A DNA stretch of 64,000 bases from Dicyema japonicum (lineage: Eukaryota > Animalia > Dicyemida), in NCBI GenBank assembly GCA_011109175.1, contig RDEW01000010.1:479837-543836 (forward strand). The letters are read 5' to 3'. The position numbers and the translations under genes are program-made. How positions within the stretch are numbered: the first letter of the stretch is position 1; each line of letters opens with the position of its first letter. The notes under the pieces were generated by a model. It worked only from the letters and a program-made list of their open reading frames with translations. It did not search any database and was not told the DNA's origin. Below are positions 23,979 to 35,240 of the stretch, piece by piece.

Positions 23979-25447
23979 TAGGGCGATTTTGTAGACTTTA
24001 TAAATCCGAAATTTGACCTAAAAATTGACTTTATTGACTTTAAATTCAAAATTTTGACCATTTTGACGTGGAAGGAGATTTTTCTAATAGTTGTATATAC
24101 ATAAAGAAATATGTTGTTTTTCCATTTTTGGAACAGAAAAAAGCTTATTAACAGAAAATCTAGATTCAGATACTTCTTAATTCCGCATTAATCGTTACTG
24201 AAATAGAATTTTTGAATCTGCTACAATTAAGTAAGTTTTTTTCTGTCATCCTTATCAATTTATAAACCAGTATTGACATAATATAGCAGATAAATTGCTT
24301 CGTAGTTCATTTAATAGATTACTTCCAAGCATCTATCCATTAATTCCATTTCCATCAAAAATATAGTTAGTTTTTACTTTGATAAATTTTTGCAATAATA
24401 TTCAACAATTTCGAGACAATTCTCTTTCTGATCTGAATTATTGTGGGTAGATAGCCAATTTCAATAAAATTTTCTGTTTTATGAAAGAAATTATATTTGT
24501 GTATTTATATATCGATTTCGTAGATCAAACCTATTTTTTCCAACTCTATAATATGTAAAAAAAATCAAAAATATAAATGCATGTAAAAAAACTCAAAAAT
24601 AGCTTTTGTCAAGTTACCTATGGCATAAATTTTCTACAATTTTACATAGAAGGAAGTAAAAAATGTCAATTGCCCTCAAACAAGTTTTGTAGACTTTAAT
24701 GTTCAACTTATGCAAAGAAAATCATATTTGAATAAGCATTAGTGACCGCGTGGCGCCATGTGGTGCTGCGTGGTTAATTGGTTAAGTTTTCTGCTTGCTT
24801 GTCTGTTCCTCCTGTCTCTTCCTATTAGAGTGGCGTCATGTGATCCACCTGTCTAGGTGACGCCCAGTGCCAGGCCGGCACGAAAAAGGCTCATTTGCTC
24901 TCCCCACTCCACTGGAGGGGTTTCCACAACTGCATGTAATGGACGTCTTATCTTTTATGCTGATTCCGGATGGACTCTGTTTCTGTAGAAATGGAAACTG
25001 GATACACTTAATTAGTTGTTACTTTAACTTCTTTCTCGGTGTATCCGAGGTTAATAAATTAAATTAAAAATTAGAGTCGGTAGATGGAATGAGAAAATCA
25101 CAGTGACACCTGTGAAATAGTCGAAAAAATGATAAACCTGTTTGAAATGTTTATTAGACGAAAGGTTCAATAAAAAAACTCTAAAAATTAAAAAACTAAA
25201 AATAAAAATTAATAAAAATTGAATTTATTGACCTAAAAAATTAAAAATAAATTCAATACAAAATTGATTTTATTGACCTAAAAATTAAATTTTGACTTTT
25301 TTTGACATAACTCGAAATGTTGACCATTTTTGACCTTTTAACTTTTGATTTATATAAGATTTTTGATTAAAAATCACATTTTTATTAGTTTTAAACAATT
25401 TTAAAGAACATATGAAATTTTTGACGTAATTGACAAAAATCGCCCTA
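23979..25447. mobile_element. Non-autonomous hAT element
   Basis: TIRs TAGGGCGATTTT(T)GT; 8-bp TSD GTAATAAC/GTTATAAC; subterminal TTGAC repeats; splits a SINE. Confidence 0.8.
24744..25067 (+). mobile_element. Structured-head short element (copy A, tail type i), nested in the hAT element
   Basis: 5' hairpin 24747-24772, fold 24832-24893, tail GTATCCGAGGTTAATAAATTAAA. Confidence 0.8.
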
Positions 25448-25703
25448 GTTATAACAGTAGTGGTAATTTATCCAAGGCATATCCAAAACATTGAAAGTGT
25501 TCTTGACTTCTCATTGTTTCTTTTTTGTGTGTGAGTCCCAGAAGACAATCCAGTTCCGTAGTGATGAGACACTAATGATGGCGTCATTTGTCAACCCCAA
25601 ATTATCGTAGATGCGTGGAACCTTAAGTCGAATTGACGGCAGGTGTATTCGACCGGGACCTCATGATTGTGGTCCTGCACTTATTACACTAAGCCATCCA
25701 GCC
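25448..25703 (-). mobile_element. tRNA-derived SINE (copy S4); its tail lies at ~23900-23978
   Basis: Head GGCTGGATGGCTTAGTGTAA, core AAGGTTCCACGCATCTACGAT..CGGAACTGG. Confidence 0.8.
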
Positions 25704-26621
25704 AAGGAATGCTATTCATTTCTCTTTTTTATTTTTGTTGGATGTGATTCCTTTTTAGACGATTCGGTTCCGCAGTGAGATGTTCAATCAAGCCAAGCTG
25801 TATCTGTGTAAGACTTCATCAATTTGTCGAAGGACCTCACACGGCGTGCCATCAAAATTATAAATCTCTTAACACAAATTTGGGGAATTCAAAGCACAGA
25901 AAATATATTTAAAATCAATTTTTTATTTTTAAAGTTTGATTCGGTCTTTGCTGCAACTCTGATAAGTACTCACTGTTTTCATCACAGTAAACTTGATGAT
26001 TATTAACTGCCAAGCCACATGAAACCTGTTTGAATAATTAAGCCAAGAAATGAGGGTAACAAATTCTGTTCTGAGTGTCCCCAAGCTTGAATGACCCATT
26101 AATCTTAATTTACTCTTTAATTGTCACTAAACAGAGGATCCTTGAATCACTTGGAAGCAAATATCTATTCTTATGTACAAACAAGTGTGTCAAAGAGTCT
26201 TAGAAAATTAATGATTTGAGTAGATCGAGTCCTCATGTGGAGCCAACTGTGCACAAGAGCTTGAAAAGGTATCGACAGAAATCTTTGCAAGGGCGGAAGT
26301 GAAGGCTTGCGGAAATAATAGTTATTTAATATCTCCTTAAAGAAAGTTTTCACAATCCCTGGCCAAGCTATGTATTCTATTTTAGTCGATGGACCTTAAA
26401 AACTGACATTTGCGGATTCGAACTCGGAGCTAACTTGAAAACGATAAACAGAACGCTGAGGGACGGCGAAGACCTCAATAGTCTGCGGAGCCTGGCATCG
26501 AACAGGAGAGGGTGGGAAAGACTAGTATCGAGGATCATGCAGACGTGACACAGATAGAATTATAGAATTAAAATAATAAGGAAAAATATTTATTGCCGGG
26601 ATTAACGAATGTAGTTAATGG

Positions 26622-27918
26622 TTATACTACTGAGATATAATCAGAAAATGACTCCGAGCCAGTCTAAAATGAACTCAAGTGAGACCATTATGTTTCTTAG
26701 CTTGGTGTACAGTAGATTTGATAGTGATTCACTATGTGGGGTTTTCGGAGTGATGCTTATCTCGCAAATTATGCAATTTACTCGTTTTATAAGAATGCTG
26801 CTTCCAATACAGAACATGTCCAATAACTAGCTACAACTAAAATTGTACCCTTCCTTCACTATAGGCAACCTTCAGCTCTCCCAGTGGCAAATCCCGTTCG
26901 TTCACTGTGAATTCGTTCTTTTAGAGTTATAATTTTACTCACCATTTCCTTTGCTAGTTCAATCACAAAGTCACGTGTGAACCCCGCTAGAATAAGTCCG
27001 GAATCAGAGAGTGGAGTGACCAATTCACGATCTGATAATTTGAAAATAAAAAACCGCCATTTTCATTCTCAAGAAAGGCAAAAAAATTCCACGTGGTAGA
27101 TTCACTGATGAGTTGGTCTTCTCCGTTCACAATCAATGTCTGCTCGCAATTATTTTGGTAAGCAAGCATCAGGGATCTGTTGCAAAGAACGTAATTTCTG
27201 AAAATGAAAATCCCGGAAAATACGCTCCACTCCTGAATGTTCCGTTAGGTCGCAATGAATTTTCGACAAATAAGGAGGTCACATCAACCTGCGGCATAAA
27301 ATATGATCTAGAGTAGGAGATTATAACGTAGAGCATAACTTTCTTGCAAATAGCAGGACTCATGGATTCCTTACAAGTAAAATTTAGGTTCTCACATCGA
27401 TTCCAATCATCGTGGGTCTCACTAGAAACGAAGCGCCTTCTGGGAGATCAAGAAAATCGCTCTCGATTTGAAGGAAAAATGTTATGCACTTAATCAACTC
27501 AGATAAATCAAACATCTACAATAACACAAAGGCCGAACTGGAAAAGAAAATTCACGGACACTTTTTTCTAGTCTCTGAAAATACTTCTGAGGTTGACAAA
27601 GTCTAAGTTTCCTATCAACTCCAACAAATGACCTCAAATTCTCAAAAACCTAAAATAAAGACAACAAAAAACCTGATAAGAATTTTGTAAAACACTGGAA
27701 GCTGGATGGAGACTCAAATTATTGAAAGGAAGAATTTTTGGAATCGACCATCCTTCAGTTTGATCCCAATTAACAACGAACATGTGTTCGGTGAAGCAAC
27801 TCCCAGATCCGGATGGTTCCTGGGAAATGACTGGTGAAGGTGTGATTAACTCAACTTTCAAATCGCTGGCCTAAAACTTAATTCAGAAAAAGACTTTAAA
27901 AGTTAACTGGGTTGCCAT
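26622..27918 (-). CDS. BCAT: Branched-chain aminotransferase homologue (fold type IV); 10 exons; catalytic Lys replaced by Arg
   Basis: FTEHMFVVNWDQTEGW..LSLHPASSVL, VRPTMIG, GTFRSGANY, ELVTP..GLILAGFTR; nine GT-AG introns of 22-26 nt give an uninterrupted frame from ATG 27918 to TAA 26622. Confidence 0.88.
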
Positions 27919-28354
27919 TTTTAAAGTAAATATTTATTTTATTTATATAAAATTTTAATCTTAAATAATATTTTAATTAATAAAATTAATTAATATTTCT
28001 CATTCATAAAACATAATTTATCAATTGAAGGCTCAGGTGATGCAATTATAATTTTTCATGTTAAATTTTAATAAAAAGTATTTTTCCAAGTGTATAAAGC
28101 AGAATAATTCAAAAAAATGCAATACAAATTCCAGAAAATAAATAGGACCATGATAGCACGTGATGGCTTATTCTAACTTTATTCTTAGACAAAACAGTGG
28201 TTATCTCATTCTTCCCGAAATATTGGTTACCTCATATTGTCTCTATGGACTTTTAAAAACCTTTCTCCGCTGTCTTTGTGTTACTGTAAGGATTATAACA
28301 TAATTATTAATTTTATTTAACAAATTCCTTTTTGTTGTTTTATTTGAGGCATAT

Positions 28355-28890
28355 TTATTTATTAATCCAGGATAGACCGCGAAAACAGATCCCACCCTTG
28401 AGGCGACGAGTCCTTCTGGCACGACACAGTAGTTGAAAGGGATCTTCCTACTCTCTCCTTGATCGAATCCAAAGGGAATGTTACATTATGAAAACTCTTC
28501 CCCCGAAGAATGAAGTGATGTCAGCGACGGTAGGACGAGTAATGAAAATGAAAGAGGACGAACCTACTTCTCCACTTCTATTCTGAAGCGGAAGCCCGTA
28601 ATGGAAGGATGGATTTGGTCGGCACAAGCAGACGTTCTTCCTTGGATTACCAGTTCCCATGGTCAGAGAGCTTTCCATTATCACAAACAATTAATAGAAA
28701 GGGAAGAACACATCCAGTCTTTGCAGTTGTGGGAACCATTCCAATAGAATGGAAGAGATCAAATGATCTTTTTTCATGACATCCAGGCACTGAACGTCAT
28801 CTGAGCCAGGAGGATGACGCCACTCTAGTAGAACGCGAGAAGATAAGAAGCAGAATAAAAAATGAGTGCCTGAAACATTAATCCCACATA
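28355..28890 (-). mobile_element. Structured-head element (copy F, long tail); part repeated at ~52900-53025
   Basis: TAGAGTGGCGTCAT..TGACGTTCAGTGCC..AAAAAAGATCA; tail CCTGGATTAATAAATAAAT. Confidence 0.6.
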
Positions 28891-29099
28891 GTAAATAAAA
28901 TCAGGGAGTTCACAGTGAACAAAAATTCTCTCTAATTTCAAGATTCCTTCCATGTTCTGGAATTGGCTAAATGTACATAAGCCCCGTTGTTATTTTTACG
29001 TCCTCAGCTCAACCTTCTGACCAATTGACAAATCCCACGTGGAAATCTTTTTTCTGTGAATCGTATATCACTGGATCAAGGGACAAGAGATATATTTCT

Positions 29100-31000
29100 A
29101 AATTGAATGGAATGGGCCAATTGACAATATGCTAAAGACACCCATAAGTCCTTTGAATTGGAAGGGACCCGACTTGAAACTTTGACTTCATCCATTACAA
29201 GCTCATACGAAGAAACCAAGACGGAGGAAATATATACTTAGTAAGACGATACAAATTTTCTAAGAAAACCTTGAGGTCTATAACGGACTATTTAAAATCT
29301 ACTCCTGCTGACCACCTACAATGGGAGACAGTGATTTTTGTGGTTATGCCTGTCGTTAAAAAAGCTCGTACAAAGAGGATTACTAAAATCAAAAAGACTA
29401 CCTCTGGAGAGGTTTTAAAGAAGAGTAGTATTGAAACATTAAGGATCTGTCTCTGGAACCTGCTTTTGAATACTCTGGGGATGCTTTTATACAACTCTCT
29501 GTTACGTCAAGGAGCCATCAAAATCTCCAACGTACTGTACTCGTTCGACCCGCAGGTCTATCAGATTGAGCCACAAAGGCTCCGGGATCTTCCGCCTCGA
29601 ATTCACGAAGGAGGAGGACAAAAGGAACTTTTGTGAACATGTGAATGCTACTTCACCTTTTGGTCTTGGAAACCATTGCTTCAGAGAAATCCGAGTGAGA
29701 CCGTCCGAAATTGTGTTTAAGAACCTGCTCTTTTGGTTGATGATAACGACCTTCATGAATTTGTCAAGGAATTAGCTCCTCTACTATGAGCATATGCAAA
29801 AGGGAGATAGGAGACTCCCTCTTGCAAAAGTTCTAGTTGGATCAAGGGCGGAGGCTACATCGCTTGTCCGTCTTGGTTTTAACATTGCCCACGTGCCGAT
29901 TACATGTAAATGGTACAGAAGAGGCCCACCTAGGTGTTTCAAATGCTAACGCTATGGACACATATCCTCCTTCTGTAAGGAGAAGACGAAATGTCTCCGT
30001 TGTGCAGGGGAACACGACCTGACTGTGGCTCATTCTCACATTGTGCCAGATATGATGGATGCCCAGCCGCCAAGAAATCTGATCAGAGGAGAGCAACTAA
30101 AAGCGATGGACAGGCGATATTGGGAGAACGTGGACAGAAAAGACAGTTACGTCAAAGTCGGCACCTAAAATTCGTCGAAAACCGAACGATGTCCCACCAA
30201 ATCTATCAGAGAAGATATACACTGAAATATCGGAGATTATGTCACGGCTAAACTATCTGTGCTCGATTGCACATGTGGATTTAATGGAAACGGTGACCTT
30301 GGCTTTGAAGAAGCAAGGTCACCCAAATGTTTGAAGCAAGGACTAAAAATAGTGCTAATGAATGCCCGATCCTAGGGAAAAGGCATAATGAACTAGCACT
30401 ACTTGCGAGGGTCTCCAAGATCGACATCTTGGTGGTCAATGAGACGAAATTAAAGAAAGCAAAGAATAAATAATGACTGGATACAATTCTGTGGACGTTT
30501 TATGGAAGGCTGGAGCAGTTGCTGGTACGGGAACGTTTATTTTCTACCGGGACTGCCTCCGAATTCGTATTCCAAAAGTCGTTTGTGATGTATTGTGTGA
30601 TTTTATAAGCATGGACGGAGTATGGATTAGTGTTGGAGGTCTATACTCCAAGAATCTTGATAGTTGTTGTACAGATATCACTGAGTTCTACAACAAGAAT
30701 CCCTATACTATCTTAATTACCTTAATTCGAAGAACACCAGTTATGGTTGTAGCAAGACAAATCAGAATGGACGACGATTATAATTATTGTCTGATTCACG
30801 TGGCTTTGTGATCCCTACGTCGGATGACCAAATCATTTTTCTTATCATGGTGGCGACAAAATCGGCGTATTCTTAGTATCAGCAGCTCTATTGTGTATGT
30901 GGGAAAGCCAAAAACTCTTTGGGATATCGGGAGCGACCATATTCCACAAGAATTAGTTATTAGTATGAGGCCAGATGATTAAAGAAAATCTCATTCCTGT
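29100..31000 (+). mobile_element. Degenerate two-ORF jockey/I-like LINE (gag zinc knuckles plus start of APE)
   Basis: PPRCFKC*RYGHISSFCK..CLRCAGEH (~29925-30020); LKIVLMNARS, DILVVNETKL. Confidence 0.75.
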
Positions 31001-31429
31001 TTTTTGATAAAGTTTATTTTCGGGGAAAACCAAGTCCCTCCCAGAGTCCGAGTTTCGGATATAGCCTTGTCAAATGGGGAGCTCTAGGAGTTTCTTAAGA
31101 TCTCAACTGTTAGACAGTAACTTGAAGGGAAAAACAAATAGACAAAAAGTCTAACATCCGCCATCGACCAAAACTATCGATTGGAAATTTAAATCTGATT
31201 AACACAGACCATCAAACCTGATGTTATGGATATCTTCACCTGAAGCCTTTAGTGTAGAATCGAGTGATCCAAAGATTGACAACTGCCAGTGAAATCCTTT
31301 GGGACAGCCACTCGGTTTCCCGACGCTCGTTACTCACTTTCGATATCATAGACTCAATGATCTTAGAAAAGAGACTGTCTTTGGCCCCATTCGTCTCAAC
31401 GACAACGGGATGTACACAGAATCTGGTGG

Positions 31430-31650
31430 AGAGACTTCAAAGAAGAATTATACTATTAATTATCAATGTGAAATAGTCAAATTCCTTTTAAAATCTCACG
31501 GGGATCTCCTGTTCGTGTAGAAATCCCAAGACGGCTCATGAATTTCAGCGTCGCAGGTGCAAGTGAACCGGACGATTCAACCGGAAAAAAATCCTTGGGA
31601 ATAACCACGTACTTTGCCAGTTTGACATCTCGGCCTACAAACCCCAGGAT
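31430..31650 (-). mobile_element. CRE-like fragment
   Basis: KLAKYVVIPKDFFPVESSGSLAPATLKFMSRLG; similar to 39400-39835. Confidence 0.65.
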
Positions 31651-32149
31651 TATAATTTTATGGAAACCACATACACACATCGAGTTGATGTTTAAAATAT
31701 CATTTAACACTATTTTATGAAAATAAAATTTCGATTTCTTCAATTTGGAGATCTGCTCTAGTGATCTTAACCTCAAATTGATCCCCAAAATCTCAAAAGT
31801 TCGAGAAGCCTTTGGTATTTCTTTCCTTAAGCCTTGGAGTGAATATTGCCTTGGGAGTGAATATTGCCTTAAAATTGTCTAAGTATGCCTTGTCGATGGA
31901 ATTGAGGCATAAGATTTACTCAATTGTGTCAACAAAAAATAGACGAAAAAATGAAATTATACAAAATTAAACTGATTCAAATGGAATTAAAAATCGATTT
32001 TTTCATTCGAAACAACCTTTTGTGTAACTTCGATTGATTTTGCTTTCTAATTTCTGGATATTAGTTTTTTCGTCAATTGGGCAGACTAATTCAAGAAGCC
32101 ACGAAGCCGAGGAATGACAAGTCTCAATGGCTAAAGCGTATCACACAAC

Positions 32150-35030
32150 ATCCATATACGATTATTAGTTTTTAAGCGGCCGCTTTTGTTTCTCGGATTT
32201 AAAATAGTAGACCTCATGCAGAACGAACGACAATTAACTTTGCTTGTGCAGGAGAGGGTTATCTCAATCAAATCCAAGGTCGGCGCATCTAACAGCTACT
32301 TCCTGTTTTCCAAAGCTAATTACCAGGGCAGTCGATGACAATACTCAAGATGCCTGGATGAGCCTTCTGTGCTTTGCGCCTCTTGTCCTCTGATCACATC
32401 CAACCGAACTGAAAAAGGGAACCTCAATTCAATCATTAAGAGAAATGCCTCTAAATACGAAATTGTTAACCTTGCGACTGCACTGGGAAGTCTCTCGATT
32501 GCTGATCATTCGCCATCATCCAGGATCAAGAAATACAAGTAGGATGTACGGAAAGAAGTGAATAAGAAGGTCATGGTCGGGGACATTCGGGGAGCCCTGC
32601 GCACGCTCTCCAGCAACAACAATTGTTCTTTAAACAACTAAAGAAACCCTCAGCTAATCATCCAAAAACATCCAACCGACCTGTTGGATCTACGCGAGAC
32701 AGAAATTGAAAGGGACATTCCACATTTGGCAACACCACAGGTGATCTACGATCTGCTATTTAGTCATTCCCAGAAATAGCAGTGTTGGTTTAGACAGCAT
32801 GCGTCCGAACCATATGAAATGACTTACTTCTGCACAGCCTCCGATATGGGGAACTCCCTCGCTAATTCAAATAAGTTTCTTACAGACCGCATTCTTCAAC
32901 CTGAAGTTTCCGACTATGCCAGAGGACTCTTTTTACATCAAAACTGATCACCTTCAGAAAGCCTTGTGGTGGGTTAAAACCCATCACTATAGCAACGTAC
33001 TAAGGCGTCTGACGTCGATGATTGCTAACAAAGTGGCAAGCAAGACTCTGAGCCGCAAACTGAGTCCTATTCAATTCGAGGTTAGAATTCCTCATGCTGT
33101 GAAGCAGTAATCCACACAATCCGGAACATGTTAGCATGGCGTCAAGTGGTTCATTTATTTGATGGCGCCTAGTGCGGAAAGACACCAAAAAGAACCATTT
33201 TTTCTTCCAATCCGGTCCACTCGTACGTATACCCCAACTCGGAATGTGAAGCGTTGCTTTCTCTTCTGGAAACTCTTGCTTTCTGGAGACATTGAACAAA
33301 ACCTAGGGCCAAAACCCCTCATTATTATGCAGCCTAATGCTAACGGTATAAAATCAAAGATCCTGGAGCTACCAGAGTCTTTTGTCGAAACACAAAATCG
33401 ACATGTGCCTAATCCAAGAGTCAAAACTTTCTACAAGGAGTGTAACCCTTCTGATATGAACACACGAGTGGACAATATAATTTTACATTACAGGACTGCT
33501 GAAAAATATTGTTAATGATTCAGGTCACCTCATTTTGATCACCTTATACATTCCCCCGGCGGGATCCTGCCTAGAAACTATGTCCCAAAACTGGATAAAC
33601 CACCCGAACATCCACACGAAATGCTAACGGAACTTCATCTGACCCGTCCATTTCTTCCTCAAGGATTGACCCTGGACCCTTACTCTCTTTCTCTCAATAT
33701 TTGAAGGACGTTTGAGGAGGGAAAGGCCTCCGGGAATTCAAAGTAATCAAAACCTTTCTAAACTCCAGGACCCAACCATCACAGGAATGTTTTGCTGTCT
33801 TATATACCATTTCTTGAAGCCGATGGTGGAGTATGCCTGTGCCTCCTGGGTTTACGGAATTTCAATTTGAATATTCTACAAGATTAATTCCCTAAGAGCA
33901 AATATGCTCAATTTCTCTGTTCAATTATTCCTCCCATACTTGAAAACACGGAAATCCGGAATAATGATTCATTGCGGCTCTTTGTGGCTCGGAGTCCGAT
34001 CGCTTCTACTAATCAGCGATAGAAGTCACCGGTACACGTAAATTGGGGAAAAGTCACGCCTCTCCAAATTCTCATAAAAGAGGAACGTTGTGGATTCAGA
34101 AAAACTGTGGGTACTATGGAAGAGCACAAAAAAACTCTCGATCCTGTTTAGGTCTACCGGGATCACTTAATTAGATGATTCAATTCCTTCTTTCTTGGTG
34201 TTCCCCTTTTCGGGGGTAAATAATAATAGATTCGGAACATCGTTGCCGTCCGTCTGACACTATGAATGCTATAATAGTCAAACTGGACATCCACAATGCT
34301 TTGAATAGCATTCGCAGATAGAAGCTAGCATCTCAGGATTACGGAAATTAGTCGGATGATGAAACTCTCATATGGTTCGCCATGTACAATGATCTTTGGA
34401 CAACACACCATCGAATCCAAGATTAGAGTCCACTAAGGTAGCCCCTACTCTTTTCCTTGTCATAGATTCAGCGATCAAAACCCCAATGAACTCATGGTAC
34501 CTGGATGATGCGACTATCAAAGGGAATTGTGAAATTGTTGTGCCAATGGTCGAATCCACCATTTCTGTTCTTGCAGCACTTGGGTTGGAAGTGAATCCGT
34601 TAAAATGTGAAATCATTAACGTTGCTTGCGGAGAGGACGACTTTAACCATGCAATGGCTACAATTTCGACTTTTCTGCAGGACGTGTCAGTTACCCGACT
34701 CGAAAACAGGATTTTTCTCGGCTCTCCTCTACATGGCAGTAATATGTCAACTTTTGTGGAAGAGAAAATGCATTCGTTCAATAGAACATTATCATGCACC
34801 TCACTTGGGACACTATTGGATGACGACGTCACGAGAATTAAGGTTTGGCGATCCATCACTATAGATGTGAAGGAATATTCGACGCGAAAGGTCTTCACGC
34901 TCTCTCCTGCCGAAGAAGTGCTAGAAGGAGTCCAAGAAACAGTGAAATCAACGGAGTTATTGCGTGGGGACTAAAAGCGGCCGGATTCCTTGTCCAGTTG
35001 GAGCCTCTCGGACTGGCCCCAGGTCTCTTC
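32150..35030 (+). mobile_element. Degenerate CRE-clade non-LTR retrotransposon, split by an insertion at 33130-34229
   Basis: GDIRGALRTLSS, NVLRRLTS, VKLDIHNALNSIRR, WYLDDATI, LGLEVNPLKCE, GLHALSC..LEPLGL. Confidence 0.85.
33130..34229 (+). mobile_element. Internally deleted Ingi-like LINE: 5' pseudoknot fold, 2A-like motif, APE start, 3' tail
   Basis: 11-bp TSD ATCCGGAACAT (33119-29) / ATTCGGAACAT (34230-40); LLLSGDIEQNLGP then IMQPNANGIKSKILEL; tail GIT*..GGGGTAAATAATAAT. Confidence 0.85.
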
Positions 35031-35240
35031 TCATGTATAGTGCTAGATACCTCGCATGGACGCTGCCCGTATGGAAAGCCTCTCTCCCTCAAACCTCGCA
35101 ATGACTGCAACTAACCCAGGATTGCGTGAACTTTGTTAACTGGAGAATGATTCATTAACTTTAAACATAAAAAAACTTAACAAAATCTGAGAAATAAAGA
35201 AAATAAAAAGTCAAATTCCGAACAAGAAAGTTAAAATTAA

